Below, in pieces: positions 38,671 to 52,700 of a stretch of DNA of 64,000 nt. How positions within the stretch are numbered: the first letter of the stretch is position 1; each line of letters begins with the position of its first letter. The stretch covers positions 9,890,451-9,954,450 of the forward strand of contig NC_134035.1 in the NCBI RefSeq assembly GCF_964204645.1, given 5' to 3'. Origin of the DNA: Tubulanus polymorphus. Taxonomy: Eukaryota; Animalia; Nemertea. The notes below the pieces were generated by a model. It ran no database searches, was not told the DNA's origin, and saw only the letters and a list, made by a program, of their open reading frames with translations. The translations under genes were made by a program, and so were the position numbers.

Positions 38671-40424
38671 TATCACCTGAGGAACCAGAAACAAAAACCC
38701 TTTTTTGGTTTCTCTTCTAATGGTGTTTAGTCAAAACTCCAAAACAGCCAGAAAATAAATGATTTATTCGTCAACTGTGGATTTTTATTCATCAACTCCG
38801 AATATTGGAATACTGAGATTAATATCGGTCTACCAGTCTTGTATGACTATACCTGTAGGTATGAAAATGAATTAGTATATGTTCTGGTAATTGAAAATAC
38901 GCATCACTATACGGCTCGACAAATGATATCACAAATAATCACTGTTCGTAGCAACGACAACAACGACCTTTCGACCTTTTCAACTCAAGATCTGCGCAGA
39001 AATCAATTCGGAATGGAGATGAACATTTCTTTCGACTTTTACTCGCATTCACGAGCCCACGTGAGTCACACACAGCCGGAACGTTAAGTCAGGCAGGTAC
39101 GAGCCTGGTTTAATTAATAATAATCCTAGCGCTCAATTTATCGCGTATTGCTAGTAATTAAATGCTATTTGAACACTTCTGCGTATTAAGTGCAGTTTTC
39201 TGTTTCGCCCCATGCTACCACTTAAAACGAATCTACAGCACAGCGCCAATAATTCTACGGGGAGCGACAGAAAGAACAGATTTTACCTGCGGCAAAATTT
39301 CCACTTCACAAAATGTATTAATACAACAACCTTACACCATAGCTCGAACAGAGGTGGCTTAAAAGCGAGGAATTTTTTTTTCGTCGTGTCATATAGAAGC
39401 TTTTGCTACGTGTTTACACGTATACCGACGGGCGGAAAAGTGGACATTTCAAATGCGATAAACCAATAGCGAAAACATATAAATCATCATCGCATTGCTT
39501 AATAACGCGACCTGGGTGGTTCTGTTGGATGTAACAAGGACTACAAAAGGGACTATAACCTAACCACGTGCTAGTGGTAAGATATAGATATCTATGATCT
39601 TTCCAGCGGGGAAGACGAGTATTTCGCGAAGATCGATGGTTCGTTCGGTTCATATTCATCGTCGGTGCTCGCTTATAGACTTCGCCGATGAAAGTGATAT
39701 TTATAATGATACCCGCGCGTTGTTGATTGGATGCCAGATCAGATATTTGTTTACGCGCAGCGCGGAAAAACGCAGATAAAGCCGAGTAGCGAATATTTCA
39801 AATTAATCCAATGATAGGCGCGGCAAAAACATCAAAATAATGGCATATTCGAGCTGAGAAATAGAAGCACCTGTGTGTTATATGTAACGCCGTGAATAAT
39901 ACATTCTGTCGAAATTCTTGCGGGTTTTTTTTTTATTGTTTGATAACCAGTGCCGTTATCACGCCCATCAAACGACCACGCGGAGTAGGGAATCGCCTTT
40001 TTGTTACTGCGAAAGTTGGCGGTGAAAATCCGAGACTACATTTATCACAAATTGCGTGGGCTTTTGTCGGTACATTTTAACAGTATTTCGTTGGACTTGC
40101 ACTATAGCGAAACGAAGAGGCGCTTTAAACGTATAAGCTACAAATTACTAATTTGACTACATGACTGTGTTACGTGAATATAAATATTTTGACGGACATC
40201 AGTTATAGGGACGATGGAAACTCCGGAAATAGTCAAAAGTTCTTGAATATATATCGGGGAATAAGGAATAAGGAATATTAACGGAATTGGAAATACTTTT
40301 TTTACAATGAAGGTACGAAGATGTAAGACTTTTTAAAATGAATTCGCTGATTTGATGAATATGTTTATCTTTATCAAAGAAAGCGGTCAATATTCATCGA
40401 TTTTGAATTAATTTAATTCGATTC

Positions 40425-41060
40425 ATGTATTTCATACTTTTGTTACAGGTAACGATATTGTTCGCGTTTTTCGTCGTCCCTCTACTGGCGTTTGTAGTCG
40501 CCATTATTCCGGAGGAACCGTTCAGAAACATTCAGATAACTAGTCAACAACGAGAATCGCCGAAAACGACCACGGACGCGGCCAAAACAGACGACAAAAA
40601 CAGCGTCCAGAAACTACAAAGACAAGAACCATCGTATATACATAAACTGACCGAAAACGTCGTTCTATCGAACAACGCCACACCGAACAGAAAAAGCCGA
40701 CCGAACTGGCGACGAAACCGCAAAAACCGAAACGAAAGTGTGCGCCGTCGCCAGAACAGGCGCAGAAAAAATCGCAAGCGTAATCGCAATAAACAAGAAC
40801 GCAGGCGACAAAAGGCGGTGGAAAAAGTCGACAAACAGATGAAAGAGAACAATTCAGTCAAAGTGAAAAAAGGATTTCTAAGTAAACATAACATAGAGGC
40901 CGTGCGGGTACACGTGTCTCCTAAACGACAAAGAGTTAACTGTTCAGGCGTCTGCTGGAAGCGTTATTTCGTCTGCATGAGTAAATGTGGCACGACCGAT
41001 AGGTGTCGTTGTTTCCGTACCTTTATCAAAAAATGCATGCGGCGAAAAATCTGTATGTGA
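40425..41060 (+). CDS. Secreted precursor: signal peptide, polybasic spacer, C-terminal 8-Cys peptide
   Basis: Hydrophobic N-terminus VTILFAFFVVPLLAFVVA; R/K/N-rich stretch; PKR then QRVNCSGVCWKRYFVCMSKCGTTDRCRCFRTFIKKCMRRKICM; possible acceptor at 40448 means the true start may lie upstream. Confidence 0.72.
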   Translation: MYFILLLQVTILFAFFVVPLLAFVVAIIPEEPFRNIQITSQQRESPKTTTDAAKTDDKNSVQKLQRQEPSYIHKLTENVVLSNNATPNRKSRPNWRRNRKNRNESVRRRQNRRRKNRKRNRNKQERRRQKAVEKVDKQMKENNSVKVKKGFLSKHNIEAVRVHVSPKRQRVNCSGVCWKRYFVCMSKCGTTDRCRCFRTFIKKCMRRKICM

Positions 41061-43742
41061 TCAGATTTACGAATAGCGATCCGCATTTTGCTGTTGTCCG
41101 ACGAGTAGTTCACCGAATCTCGATACTTTTGCGTGTTTGTTTACGCACAGACATTCCCCGGATGTACGTATTTTATCTATCGGAGTTTATGAACTGATTG
41201 AAAACTGTTGTGGATTTTATGTTGTTTAGGGCTGTATTTTTTCGAAGCAAAATCATACGTCTATGTAAGACGGGTTTCCAGGCGTATTTTCTTCGTGGAT
41301 GACATACTCACTTAATACCTCTTGATCGAATACCTCTTGGATACCAAAAGTATGGCGTAAATTTTCATTTCATACCAGAATTCAAACGTTACTTCATAAT
41401 ACAAACAATTGTAGTAGATATACGTAGATTGATTTTGAGCTGATTTAAAACAAGCGAAAGGAAATGTTCACGAATAAAGAAATTACGAAACATAATTGTA
41501 GGCAAAAAAATATTGTAATTACAATTAAGAAAATACAGTTGAATATTTCAATTTTGTTTTTATTTCGCATTGGAATTTGACTTTGGAGTTTATATGATAA
41601 TCTAATTTGACATAAATTCTGATTTCGTATCATGAAAAGTAATGACATATATGCATAAAGCGGCATTTAAATTACACACTTGGGTTGAATTCCTTTTGTT
41701 TGTACGTAAAGAATGAGTCTTTTATATGTAGAAATTGGAAACAAGCTTTCATATATAGTGACGCTGTCACGCTGTATTTATAGCATTCTGCCGTTAGCAA
41801 GGGAGTTGCAAATTTTATACACCCTTATCGCATTTTCAATATAACACTTCAATTGAGCTTCCAATTACAACGTCGTGTAGGCTTTACATTCGAAAATACC
41901 CACTTGATTTTGATAGAAATCTATTGAAGAACTAACAGGAATATGACTCGTCTATATATAAATACCCTGTTTAAAAAAGCGTCTTCCCCGATAGGCCTAA
42001 AATGTACCTATTATTGAAATTTTTTGAAGCACGCCTCTAATTCGTATATCCATGATTCCTATACAATATACATGTAAAAGTCAGTTCATTGATTGATTTT
42101 AATGGAGAGACCTCGGGTTGTACGTCGTGTTAGCACAGACCACCTCCCTGCACAGACACACGATGAAGTTTCCTCTCGGTAAATAGAATCTTGTTTTCTT
42201 TTGATCCGATGCCCACTAGGTGTCCGGGGTTAACAGATTCTGAATCCAATTATTGCTCAGTTAGGGTTGAGGTTCAGGTAACATTTGATCTCGTTGCTGC
42301 AGGTTTCGCCGCCGTGTGGTTATAGAGCGGTGCGATGTGCCACTCCTCCTAAACTTCCATTTGCACCGTCTGAAGCGATCGCTTCAACGAAAATAATCAA
42401 GACATTTTCGGGACTACGATTAAGATGCATACGAATACGTCACCTTTAACGAGAATTTGCTATTCTATAACGTCAAAACAATGATAGTTTTTACGAATGA
42501 GATATTGAATTCGATTCAAAAAAAAGATTCATTTTAGACTACGTATAAAAAATTCATGCCTTGTTTCTCATTTCTGCTGAGTTTAACAGTTGACCCGCCT
42601 GCCTATATACCCTGTATGTAAGTTTTTTTTTAGAAATCATGATCAAGCTCACCATAACAGACCCGGCAGCTAAAGAAATAAACTGATTACAAATTTCATT
42701 GCGAGTTACAAAATAACCAGGTCGATTAGGAGAAACGAGGTATCATTTTTTAGCATAAGATTCCAAACATTCGTATAAACATTTCATTATCATGCACCAA
42801 TATAATCAACCTTACTGAAATTATTTCATTTTGAGGAATAGTGATTCCCCAGAAGCGACGTAGCTGTATGGAAATTGTCTTTCTATATATGGAAGTGGAT
42901 AGTGACGTCAATGACCAATCGACCAATCAGAATTTACGCCAGGTCTCATTCGAGAGGGTTTCGCTCTGATCATGGCATATAATTGTTCACATACGCTCGA
43001 ATGCGATTTAATTTTCATAGTGGAAATATTTTTACTCATGAATATTTCGAAGGCGATTTATTTTCACATAACAAAACTATTTCTAGGTAATGAACCCGAT
43101 TCTTTTTTCATAGCGGAACTATTTTCACTTATATTTTTCGATGGAAATCCATTTTTTTATGACGAAATAATTTTTTGTCAAGAAATATGGCTTGACCAAA
43201 TATTAAAAGGCGAACTTCTGTTCGTTTTCAGTGGTCGGAACTAATAACCGAACCGAACGCACTATAGTTCGATCGTAACACATTTCACCGTGTCGGCCAT
43301 CTTGGTACTAGGTGTGATATTCTACAACTACAGTACAATGCCATGATCGCTTTTTCCGGACCACAGTTCTAACTAACACTCGGTTTCACATATAAATAAT
43401 CGACTTAATCCGATAACCAAGAAAGTTCGCCCGAGTCACCAGACGGCTTTGGCAGCCGATATGGACGCCGTCACATTCTAGTTCTCTGAACGAAAATAGC
43501 AGGGCACAGTTTCATAAAAAAGTGAAACTCAAATTTTTGCTGTAATTACCATTGGTTACTTCATGTTTTCAATGTGGACAATAATTCAAACTTGACCGTC
43601 TTAAGCTTACACTTGTTCCTGAAACCGGCTTCTGGACCCTCAAATAAATACAAAAACCGATGAATTTCAGATAAACTCAACCACGGAAAAACGGAGTATT
43701 ATTGAGAAAGAATTACAATTACAAGTATACATTATAACGATG

Positions 43743-46700
43743 CTATGATTCACTTTCAAGAGTTGTAACTACCGAATCGGTCTCGGTCTTGTCCGTCTGC
43801 GATTGGTCATTTGTTTCGATGTCGTCGTTTTGTTTTTCGCCAGCGTCTGCGGGTGCTGTATTAGCGGTCGGCGATTCCGGGTCGGCGCCGGAAGTCGTTG
43901 TTTGTTGTCGCCGTTTGACCAGATATCCGATGAAGACGATGACGATTAGGATTAGAGCGATGAGGAACAACACGGAAGCCACGATGAAAGTTGGACGGTA
44001 AGATTTCAGCTGGTCGTACATCATACCTATGAAATATATATTTCAGAATTTACAGAATGACAAAAAATGTTATTCGAATAACATAGATACCCGATCTATT
44101 TTCTTTTGTTAAGAATATCGTGTAATTTTCATGTACCCGTCATTGGTAAGCCGATTAGCTGACCCATTCCGATAGCGAATTGAGTCATTCCGTAAACGTA
44201 GGGTTTGTGTTCGTTCATCTCCACGACCGAAGATATAACAGGATAGGTGAGAGTCATAAGAAAACCGTCCATAGCTCCGTGAACTGAAATCAAGCATACC
44301 ATGAAAAAAAAAAATTAAAAAAATTTGATTTACAAAATATTCAAAATATGTGTTAATTATGAACATTAGTTAGAACATTTTATTAATATGTTAGTTGATA
44401 AAATAAAGATCATACTATGAAAATATTATAATAAGATTATCAGAAGAATCAAATCACAAAATGCCGAGCATTTTACCTAATCTTTAGAGCGTAGGTACAG
44501 AGCTTCTATAAATCAATAGATGAAGTCAACTACGGAAACGAGGATATCTAAAAAGTCTATTTATACTCTCGACATATCTCGAAAGAAAAATGATTTAAAC
44601 AAAACAAAATTGGAAATGAACTAATACTACTGGCGTACGCTCAAAATGTGAACCATTTTTGAAGAACGTTTGTTCTCGGGTTTTCGCGTGATTCAACTGC
44701 AAGATGTGTTGTTCGTTGAAGGGACGTAGAAGATACCGTGATTTAATGGAAATTCCTTCATGCTGCAATAACTTACCGATGCAATAAATAGTAACTTGAT
44801 AAAGTTGACTCGCCAGACTGAGTAAACCGTTAGCCACAGCAAGTGTTCCAGCTCCAAATATATAAAACCACAATAATTTCGATGACATCAATGTACCTAA
44901 AAAAGAATATTTCTTAGAAGTTTTTACGCCGATGCGGCTATCGATAGATGGCGCAAGAGTTGCTAATAAAATAATCCAACATTACGATTTCAACATTTGC
45001 TTCAACGTATCCGATAGTCAACTAACCTAATATAGAAACAACAAAAGTAGCTAGGGTTTCAGCTATTCCTTCGTAACTGAGAACCATTGAAGCTGTTTTA
45101 TCGTCGATCCCCAATGTTCCCATGTATTTTATCTGAAAATGAAATATATACACTAATACGGAATACGACATCGGCAAAAGGTGCGTTGATTCGGGAAAAT
45201 GTGTATGCGTAGTTAAAAAGTGTTGACGAGGCAAAATTGTTTTAAATCTGAGTTGAGTATTGATATATTCTTGTTCACCAATCTGTAAAGGATAACGGTG
45301 CCTGTTTTGGCAGATGTCGAGTCATCCGTCAATATATCATTTTTGGATCCATCAAACGTTTTGAAATTTATTCTAGCGCTGGGATAATAAACCTTGATTC
45401 GTTGGGCGTAACTTACAAAATGTATTTTCGGTATGAATATACCGTAGCTAATCAACAAAATGGCGAGTATCCAAGGCGATGTCAGACCACTGAGTGAGTT
45501 CACATAATTTCCGATGTTCTCAAGGCACGTTGGATTCTTTTTCTGGGCAGACGCTTCGCCGTCGAGATCTTCGTAGTCGCGCTGTTTTTTGCCGCCAGAG
45601 CGGCGCATTATGATCGCCGGCAAGATACCGACGACGCCGATGATCACCGCGAATATGCGGTAGGTGTCGCGCCAGTCGGCCGTCTCGTGTTGGTCGAGAT
45701 ACACGGCGACTGGGTTCACGACCAACACCCCTAGAAAAATGCGAAAAAAATATAACGTATTTCATTCGAAAATTTAGATGTATTTCTATTCATTTTTATA
45801 TATTTAAGTTAATAAGTAGTGAAAAATTGTTGTTTTGGGCGTAAGTTGCTAGAATCAAAGGTTACTTATGGTACGGAGCCTCGGTAGGTGATATGGTGAA
45901 AAATATCCTTTTTTCTTGAGGTAACGAAATAATCGATTATGGCACCACGTCGCACGCGACCAAAAACATTTCGTTCCCACGAGAAAAATCGTCGTCTCGT
46001 AAAGAAAAATCAGTTCGAGCGAAAAGTTTTTCGTTTTTCCCACGGAATGAAAAATAGAAAATAAAAAAAAAGTTCGATGATTGGGAATTCGACGTATTTT
46101 TTTGACGTACCTATCGGAGGACCGATTGTCACGAAACTCGTGGCCAGCACGTGATGCGGGTGAGTTTCGGGGAAGTAGCTCTCGATGACACCGAACGGAA
46201 TGTACATCACGAAACTGGAACCGATGCCGTACAGAACGCAATAAGTGAAAAACATCCAACTCAACCCGTGCAGGTATGACGTCGACACGAGGCTAACCGT
46301 GCATATCAGTATGCCGATAATGAACGGCCATCGGTCGCCCATTTTCTTCTGGGTTCGAATCACGATCGGTGTCATCAGCAGATTCAGCGCGTACGGTAGA
46401 GCGGCCATCCATCCTGAAAAGGCAATTTGAATTAGATTAACTACGAAAACATTTAGAATCGTCTGTTGAGATTGAGGTATACTAGTTTGTTCTAATGTGA
46501 GATAGCTTCTTAGAATGTTATGTGTAATGAATAAACGTAATGTCGTTATTGTGTTAGTTGTTGAACTCGAGATCTATCGAGATGGTGTCGTGTGGAAAAC
46601 CGACTTAACAAATTGAATTAAGCTCGATTCGGAGCTTTGGAGATCATTCCGTTCATAAAAAATAAATAAATATGTCGCTCCCTCGAAGATTAAGTACATG

Positions 46701-49700
46701 TTCTTTATCGCGCAAGACCCAAAAGGTTTATTCATGTTTAGTTTCTGCATTGACTAATCAACTAAGTTAGTTTATAGGTCCATGATTATAGCTGATAGCT
46801 GATAGCTGTTGTAATATTCACATTTATCGCTGTTTAATATTCGAATCGTTCTGATATTAGACGTAATACGATATTATTGTATGTTATGCATGGATGTTCA
46901 TTAATGGTTTCAGGCGATCATTAATTACCCGATTTGCTTCGAATTTATACATACATTTCTGCGTGCGCACACACACGTGTTTTTCAAGCACGCTCGTTCG
47001 CAGCTGATGCTGTTTGACCGATATGTTATAGAGAACCGTGATTTATTCAATGAATGAATCGAGCTGACAAAGAGATTTTTGTGTGCAAAATTTGGTATGA
47101 TATATATCCTAACTATTTTTGCTGGCCCTCGCTTCACACAAGCTACTTTATATATCGATACATATGAATATATATGTGAACATGAAATGTAAAAAGTTTT
47201 AGGCTTTTAGCTTGATTGTTTTGTAATGGATATGAATTAAAATCCATTTCATCTATGTTGGATAATGGACTCGATGGACTTGAAATAATTGTGGAGGGGA
47301 ATTTAAAAAAAAATATCATGAAAATATCTTGAAACATTTAATTCGTTACTAATTAAGTGATCGGGGGAGGGGAATTTGAAAAAAAAAAACTTTATTTCGG
47401 AGATCTTTTTGGTTAATAATACTCGAATATAGTCTATTGCTCCCTACACACCTAACTGACGCCGCCATTTTTGCTAGTCATGCTATTTATTGAATTTACT
47501 GACAAACACATCCATTAGAACACTAGCCATGGCGAATGTTTTTGTGTATGATATCAAAAGATGATCTAGCAGTGAAAAAAAACTATATATGATTATTTCT
47601 ATTTTCATATCTATGCTTAGAAATAAGGTGGGGGAGCAGGAAAAAGAATAGAAATATGTTTTTTTAATCCCAGATATAGGAAAAGTTCGTTGGCGGATCC
47701 GTAATACAACTACCGGTGATAAAAGAATCCGCCTTACTGGAAAAAAGAAACGATAGAACATTAACGTCAATACGATCAACTAGACCGGGAAATCTCGTAT
47801 GTAACATTCGCTACCACGATGTTTTATCGGGTGCAACAACTTTGTTATCGTTTGCCGTGCTATAAATTATTTAAACTCAGTCGTCGTTTTATTCGACATA
47901 ATGTTGTTTAAGTGTCAGGTCGTAATACGACGGACGACGACGTTTCAGCGCTCTCTACCAGAATATTGCCCAGTCGTCTGTACATACATAAGCCATGAGA
48001 TCATGAAATACCTCGATTTTGCAGGGGTGGATCCAGGTAGGAGCACAAGGAGCACGTGCCCTTTTGAAAATGCGATGGTAATTCTTTCACGGCACAATTC
48101 CACCTCCAACTAATGGAATAGCGACTCGCAGCACAAAATTCAGCTTATATTCTCTTTAAAGGACATATGCTATCTGAATAGAACATTGTGAAAAAAAGTT
48201 TTTTTTGCTAATATCAAATGCTACCGGTTCGAATTTTATTTTAGCTATTATTGAGAAAAATGACTCTCAAGTGCCCAGAAATTGCACGAAAATTCACTGA
48301 AATTCAAAAACTTTCCACACCCTTGTTTTGGTTTGACGCTCGCTCGGCGTGGAATTGTCCATTTTAACTGTATGCTTGTGTTCCTGTCCCTGTATCCGCC
48401 CCTGATCCAACGAAATGAAAGACTCCCCTAGCGCTTGTCGTTGATATCGAGCGCACTATGGTAAATTTTCAAAAAGCTGTGCATATTATCGTGTAATCAC
48501 CCTGTAGGGAGTAACCAACAAACGGCTCGAATTCACCCCTGAAGTAGAACTTCTGCTTGTTTATATGTTCCACGTGTATCAGCACTAATTTCGTCTTGTT
48601 TTATTGATACGCGGAATGACACATTTGAGTAAGGCTACAATTTCTGTGTATGAACGCGACTATTAATAACTTAGTTTAAAAAATTTACGAAAAACGATGA
48701 AATGATATTATGAAAAGCAGGTGTTCCATTAGGGATGATACGACGATTACTGTGAATAACGACATAATATTCTGGATCCAATCTGTCCGGAAGAAATTAT
48801 CTCCTCAAAAGTTTCCCAAGTCGTTTCTTCAAGTAGGGCACTTTAGGTTTTTTAAATTCTGGATCCAATTCCACAGTCGTGAGTTAGAGTTAACTCTGAG
48901 TTTAAGTCAGTTCACTTGAGTTAACTCAAATCTGATCTCGGTGGAACTGGGTCCTGGATGAGTACCAAAATAACGTTTTTCTAATCGTGGTCGAGCCCCC
49001 ATTTCTTTCTTCAGCGAAAACATGGCATATGGATTTTCTTTTTTCTTTGCTGACATTTTTCCGATCTTCTTAAAATCAGTTGCAGCTGAATTCGATTCGT
49101 TGAGCGATACTGTTTCCGACAAGTGAACGCTAATCGATTTCATTCGAAAACAGCTGGACCACGTCGTATTCAGCTATTTACATAAGAATTATTTGAAATT
49201 ACGCCTACACAAGAATATATCGCTTGAATTCAGCAGTAAATTAACTTTCTAATTGACGCATGGTGTTAATAATGTATTCCGGTTCGATTAGATAGAGTTA
49301 TAATAATCCGAACGAGGTTGATTTCAATTTTCAAAACAGCTACGAAAGAAAGGGAAATAAATTAAATTGAGCAATTACGTAAAAACGATTAATTTCAATT
49401 TCCGAAATTCTCGACGGGAAAGAAATGAATCTGTCGATGTTTGATAACGAGGTGACGTTAACGACCTTGTAGATATCGACACAAAGACGTTTACTAAAAG
49501 CTCATTTCCCTCGTGGTTGTACACAGCTTAATAATCAAATCGTATATCGAATACGCGATGGTTTTAAATAATTCATAAACAGCAATAATAGAAGGGGATA
49601 GAAGGAGAAATATGATGGTCGAGTCACGCCATGTCAGTCGCGTTTACAGCGAGAACTTCTCCATTACATCGTTGACGAGCAATTTAGTCGTTGGGAATTT

Positions 49701-52700
49701 CTCTTTGAGTCACTATATACGTGTCTCTAGAGGTTGACAATGATTTGATAGTATAAGTTGAGTACTTTATCTCGAAGCGTATATGCATATTTTGATATCT
49801 TAGCGGATCGGCTGGATAGTAAGAATAGTGGAGGAAAGTCTGCAATTCGATGGGTATTTGACGTGTTGAATAAAGGTTGATACCTACGAAAACTATGGCC
49901 TAAATTTCAGATTACTGGTTCAAATGTAGAAAATGTGCATTTTCAAGTAATGCGTTTTAGATATTTCCTTTTCCAATTCTCCACGATGTGAGTTTTCATC
50001 CTAAGTGTATCAAAGGCACTCGAAAGTCTGGAATTTGATACGTGGACTGAATTAAGGTTGATGACCACGAAACTTTTGGCCAAAAATCAGATGGGATTGT
50101 GCCAAGACATTTCCTCCTCCACTTTTCTGAGATGTATGTTTTTCACATCTAAATGCACTTGAAAATCTACAGGACTACGGAATTTCACATATCAACCAAG
50201 GGATGAGTTCCCGAAAAAATGGACCAGGTTGTTGCTTGAATTTAGATATAGAATCCGATCGTTTTGATGGCGATACACAGAGATAGACCATGGAACCTGA
50301 CCCTCTCTCGCTCTCTCTCTCTCTATTCTTACAAAACCTACGAATCATTAATTAAATTCTATCGTCAACATTTCCCATGTGAAAACCGAGTCGTGTGTTA
50401 CATGTCCGCGATAATTTGATTGATAAATCGCTTCGTGTTTTCGGTAAACATTTCGTCGACATAAATTACTCATAAAACGCAAATGCGAACCGCGTATGGA
50501 AAACGCGCACCGTTCAGTCATACGTCCTCCGCATAAATCCATTACGTAGACACCGATTTTTTCTTTAAGTCAGCCGGTACCAAATTTATGTATCAGTCGG
50601 TATTTGTCCAGTTTTGTGGGGTTTTTCTGCGCGAGAAGATACGCGAGTTCACTGGGCGGTGTCTATATCGCCGTGGCGTAAATGATGTATTGATTTTTTT
50701 CGTAGGCAGACGAAAGCCGCAAAACGCGGTTGATGTTCGACGATATCAAACGACCCGACGATACAGTCGTTATTGTTTTTTTTTCTGTGTGATAATGAAC
50801 ATTTTTGGGTGGATACTGGGCGGTGGCTATAATGAGTTTTATATATCTATAATATCATGGACGTATAAACTAGATTTATACATTTTATACGTATATTTTT
50901 CTAGTTTTTACGTCCATGATTGTATCTATCAAATTCAACGTAACACATGTTTGGTGGTATTTCAAATGACTCCAAACGTGGACTAGCTGAAGTCGCCGCG
51001 GTACCATATGCAATTTTCGACTCCGGGATACTGACATTGTATTGTATGATTAGTATGATTGCATACATAACGAGATTGTGACATCAAAGTATACATATAG
51101 CTCTTGAATAGTTAATGAACGACAGAAGTGTAGTATACCAGAAGTCACTAGGGTCATTAGCGGAGTGTCAAGATAACTCAATGATTTCATTTCAGTCATT
51201 GGAAATAAACCGGCCGCTTAAAGTAGGCCTACGAGGTTATAAGCTATGAATAAAGAGCTTTACAGTAATGTTATATATATTTTCGTACATCTATATATTT
51301 TCGCCGATAGACAGGGCTGGATCCGGGGTTCAGTTTTGACAACTTCTGGCCAATGAAAAAGGGCAGGTGTTTAAAAAATTGCACATTAGGGAATCAACAA
51401 CCCGAATTCACGGGAATACAGACTGCTCATTCAGGTTCCCGAAGGGGTACAGCGGGATACCCTCAACCCACACCCAAAACACATCGGATCATGTGTGTTC
51501 CTTGAAATCTACTCCGGAAGAAATTATCTCCTCAAAAGTTTCCCAAGTCGTTTCTTCAAGTAGGGCATTTTAGATTTTTTGACGAGTACTTCGCATGAGG
51601 CATGTGAGGCATCATGAATCAACCCCTGTTAGATTTTTTCTCAATAATCCTCTGCAGTTTATTATTGTAAAAATTACCACCGCACCTGTTCGTGAAAATA
51701 ATCTCCATCGATATATTGAATTCCACTGTTATTTCATCATTCTTTATATATATAATACCGTGTATGTATGTAACATTCGATGTCAATACGTTGCATTTCG
51801 GAGATGTAACGCAAGGGGGAGAGGGATTTTCAGGTTGATATCCACATCAAAAAATATCTTTTTCTTGCAACACTGCTATTCCAAATGGTTCTTAAAAAAG
51901 CAGTAGTAACTCCTTCGTCACTGATTGTGAAATTTCAGAAAATGCATCTGGAGGCTTCAATTTTTCGTAGAAAAATAATTTCGCACTTGGCACTTGCTAC
52001 ACTGCTGATAATCTTAACCTTTGAATCCCCCCCCCCCCCATGTCTAAACCCGGATCAGCCCCTGTAATGGTAATGTGTTTGCGGTTCTATCCTCAAAATG
52101 GCTACGATTGCATTCGAAATGGTTTGAATTTCAATAATCATCGCCCATTTTACCGCGAAACGTAAAATGATCGTACTAGATGAATACGACTTTACATTAA
52201 AAATTTATCAGTAAAGAGAAAACCGACGCGGTGTAGTTCATTTGTAGTTCATTTTTTCACGATGCGTCATTGCTTGTAATCGATAATATCTAGAATTTCA
52301 AGTACTCTTAATTGAAACCAACCAGCACGAATACAACTAGTTGCACTCTATCTGAGGACGATGATAATAACGGGAACAAAGCTGTAGCTATATAGAAACC
52401 GGTTAAAATGATGACTAGTTTGGAGAGATTGAAATGAACGTAGATACCGTTTATTTCCAATTGCATTTGTTGTCATTCATAGCAGAACGAACTAATCGGG
52501 GTCTGTCGTATAGAATATGGGTAAATCATAAAGGTACTTCAAAGAGATTGAAGCATAGTTCTCTCAATTAAATCATACACGGGAAATACCAATCAGTCGT
52601 AATTTCTATGAGTTTGTATGAGCTTAATTCTACGCTTTCCACGGAAATGTCACAGGCATCAAGGGATAAGCCCTCCGTTCCTCATTTCCCCCATTCCGAC

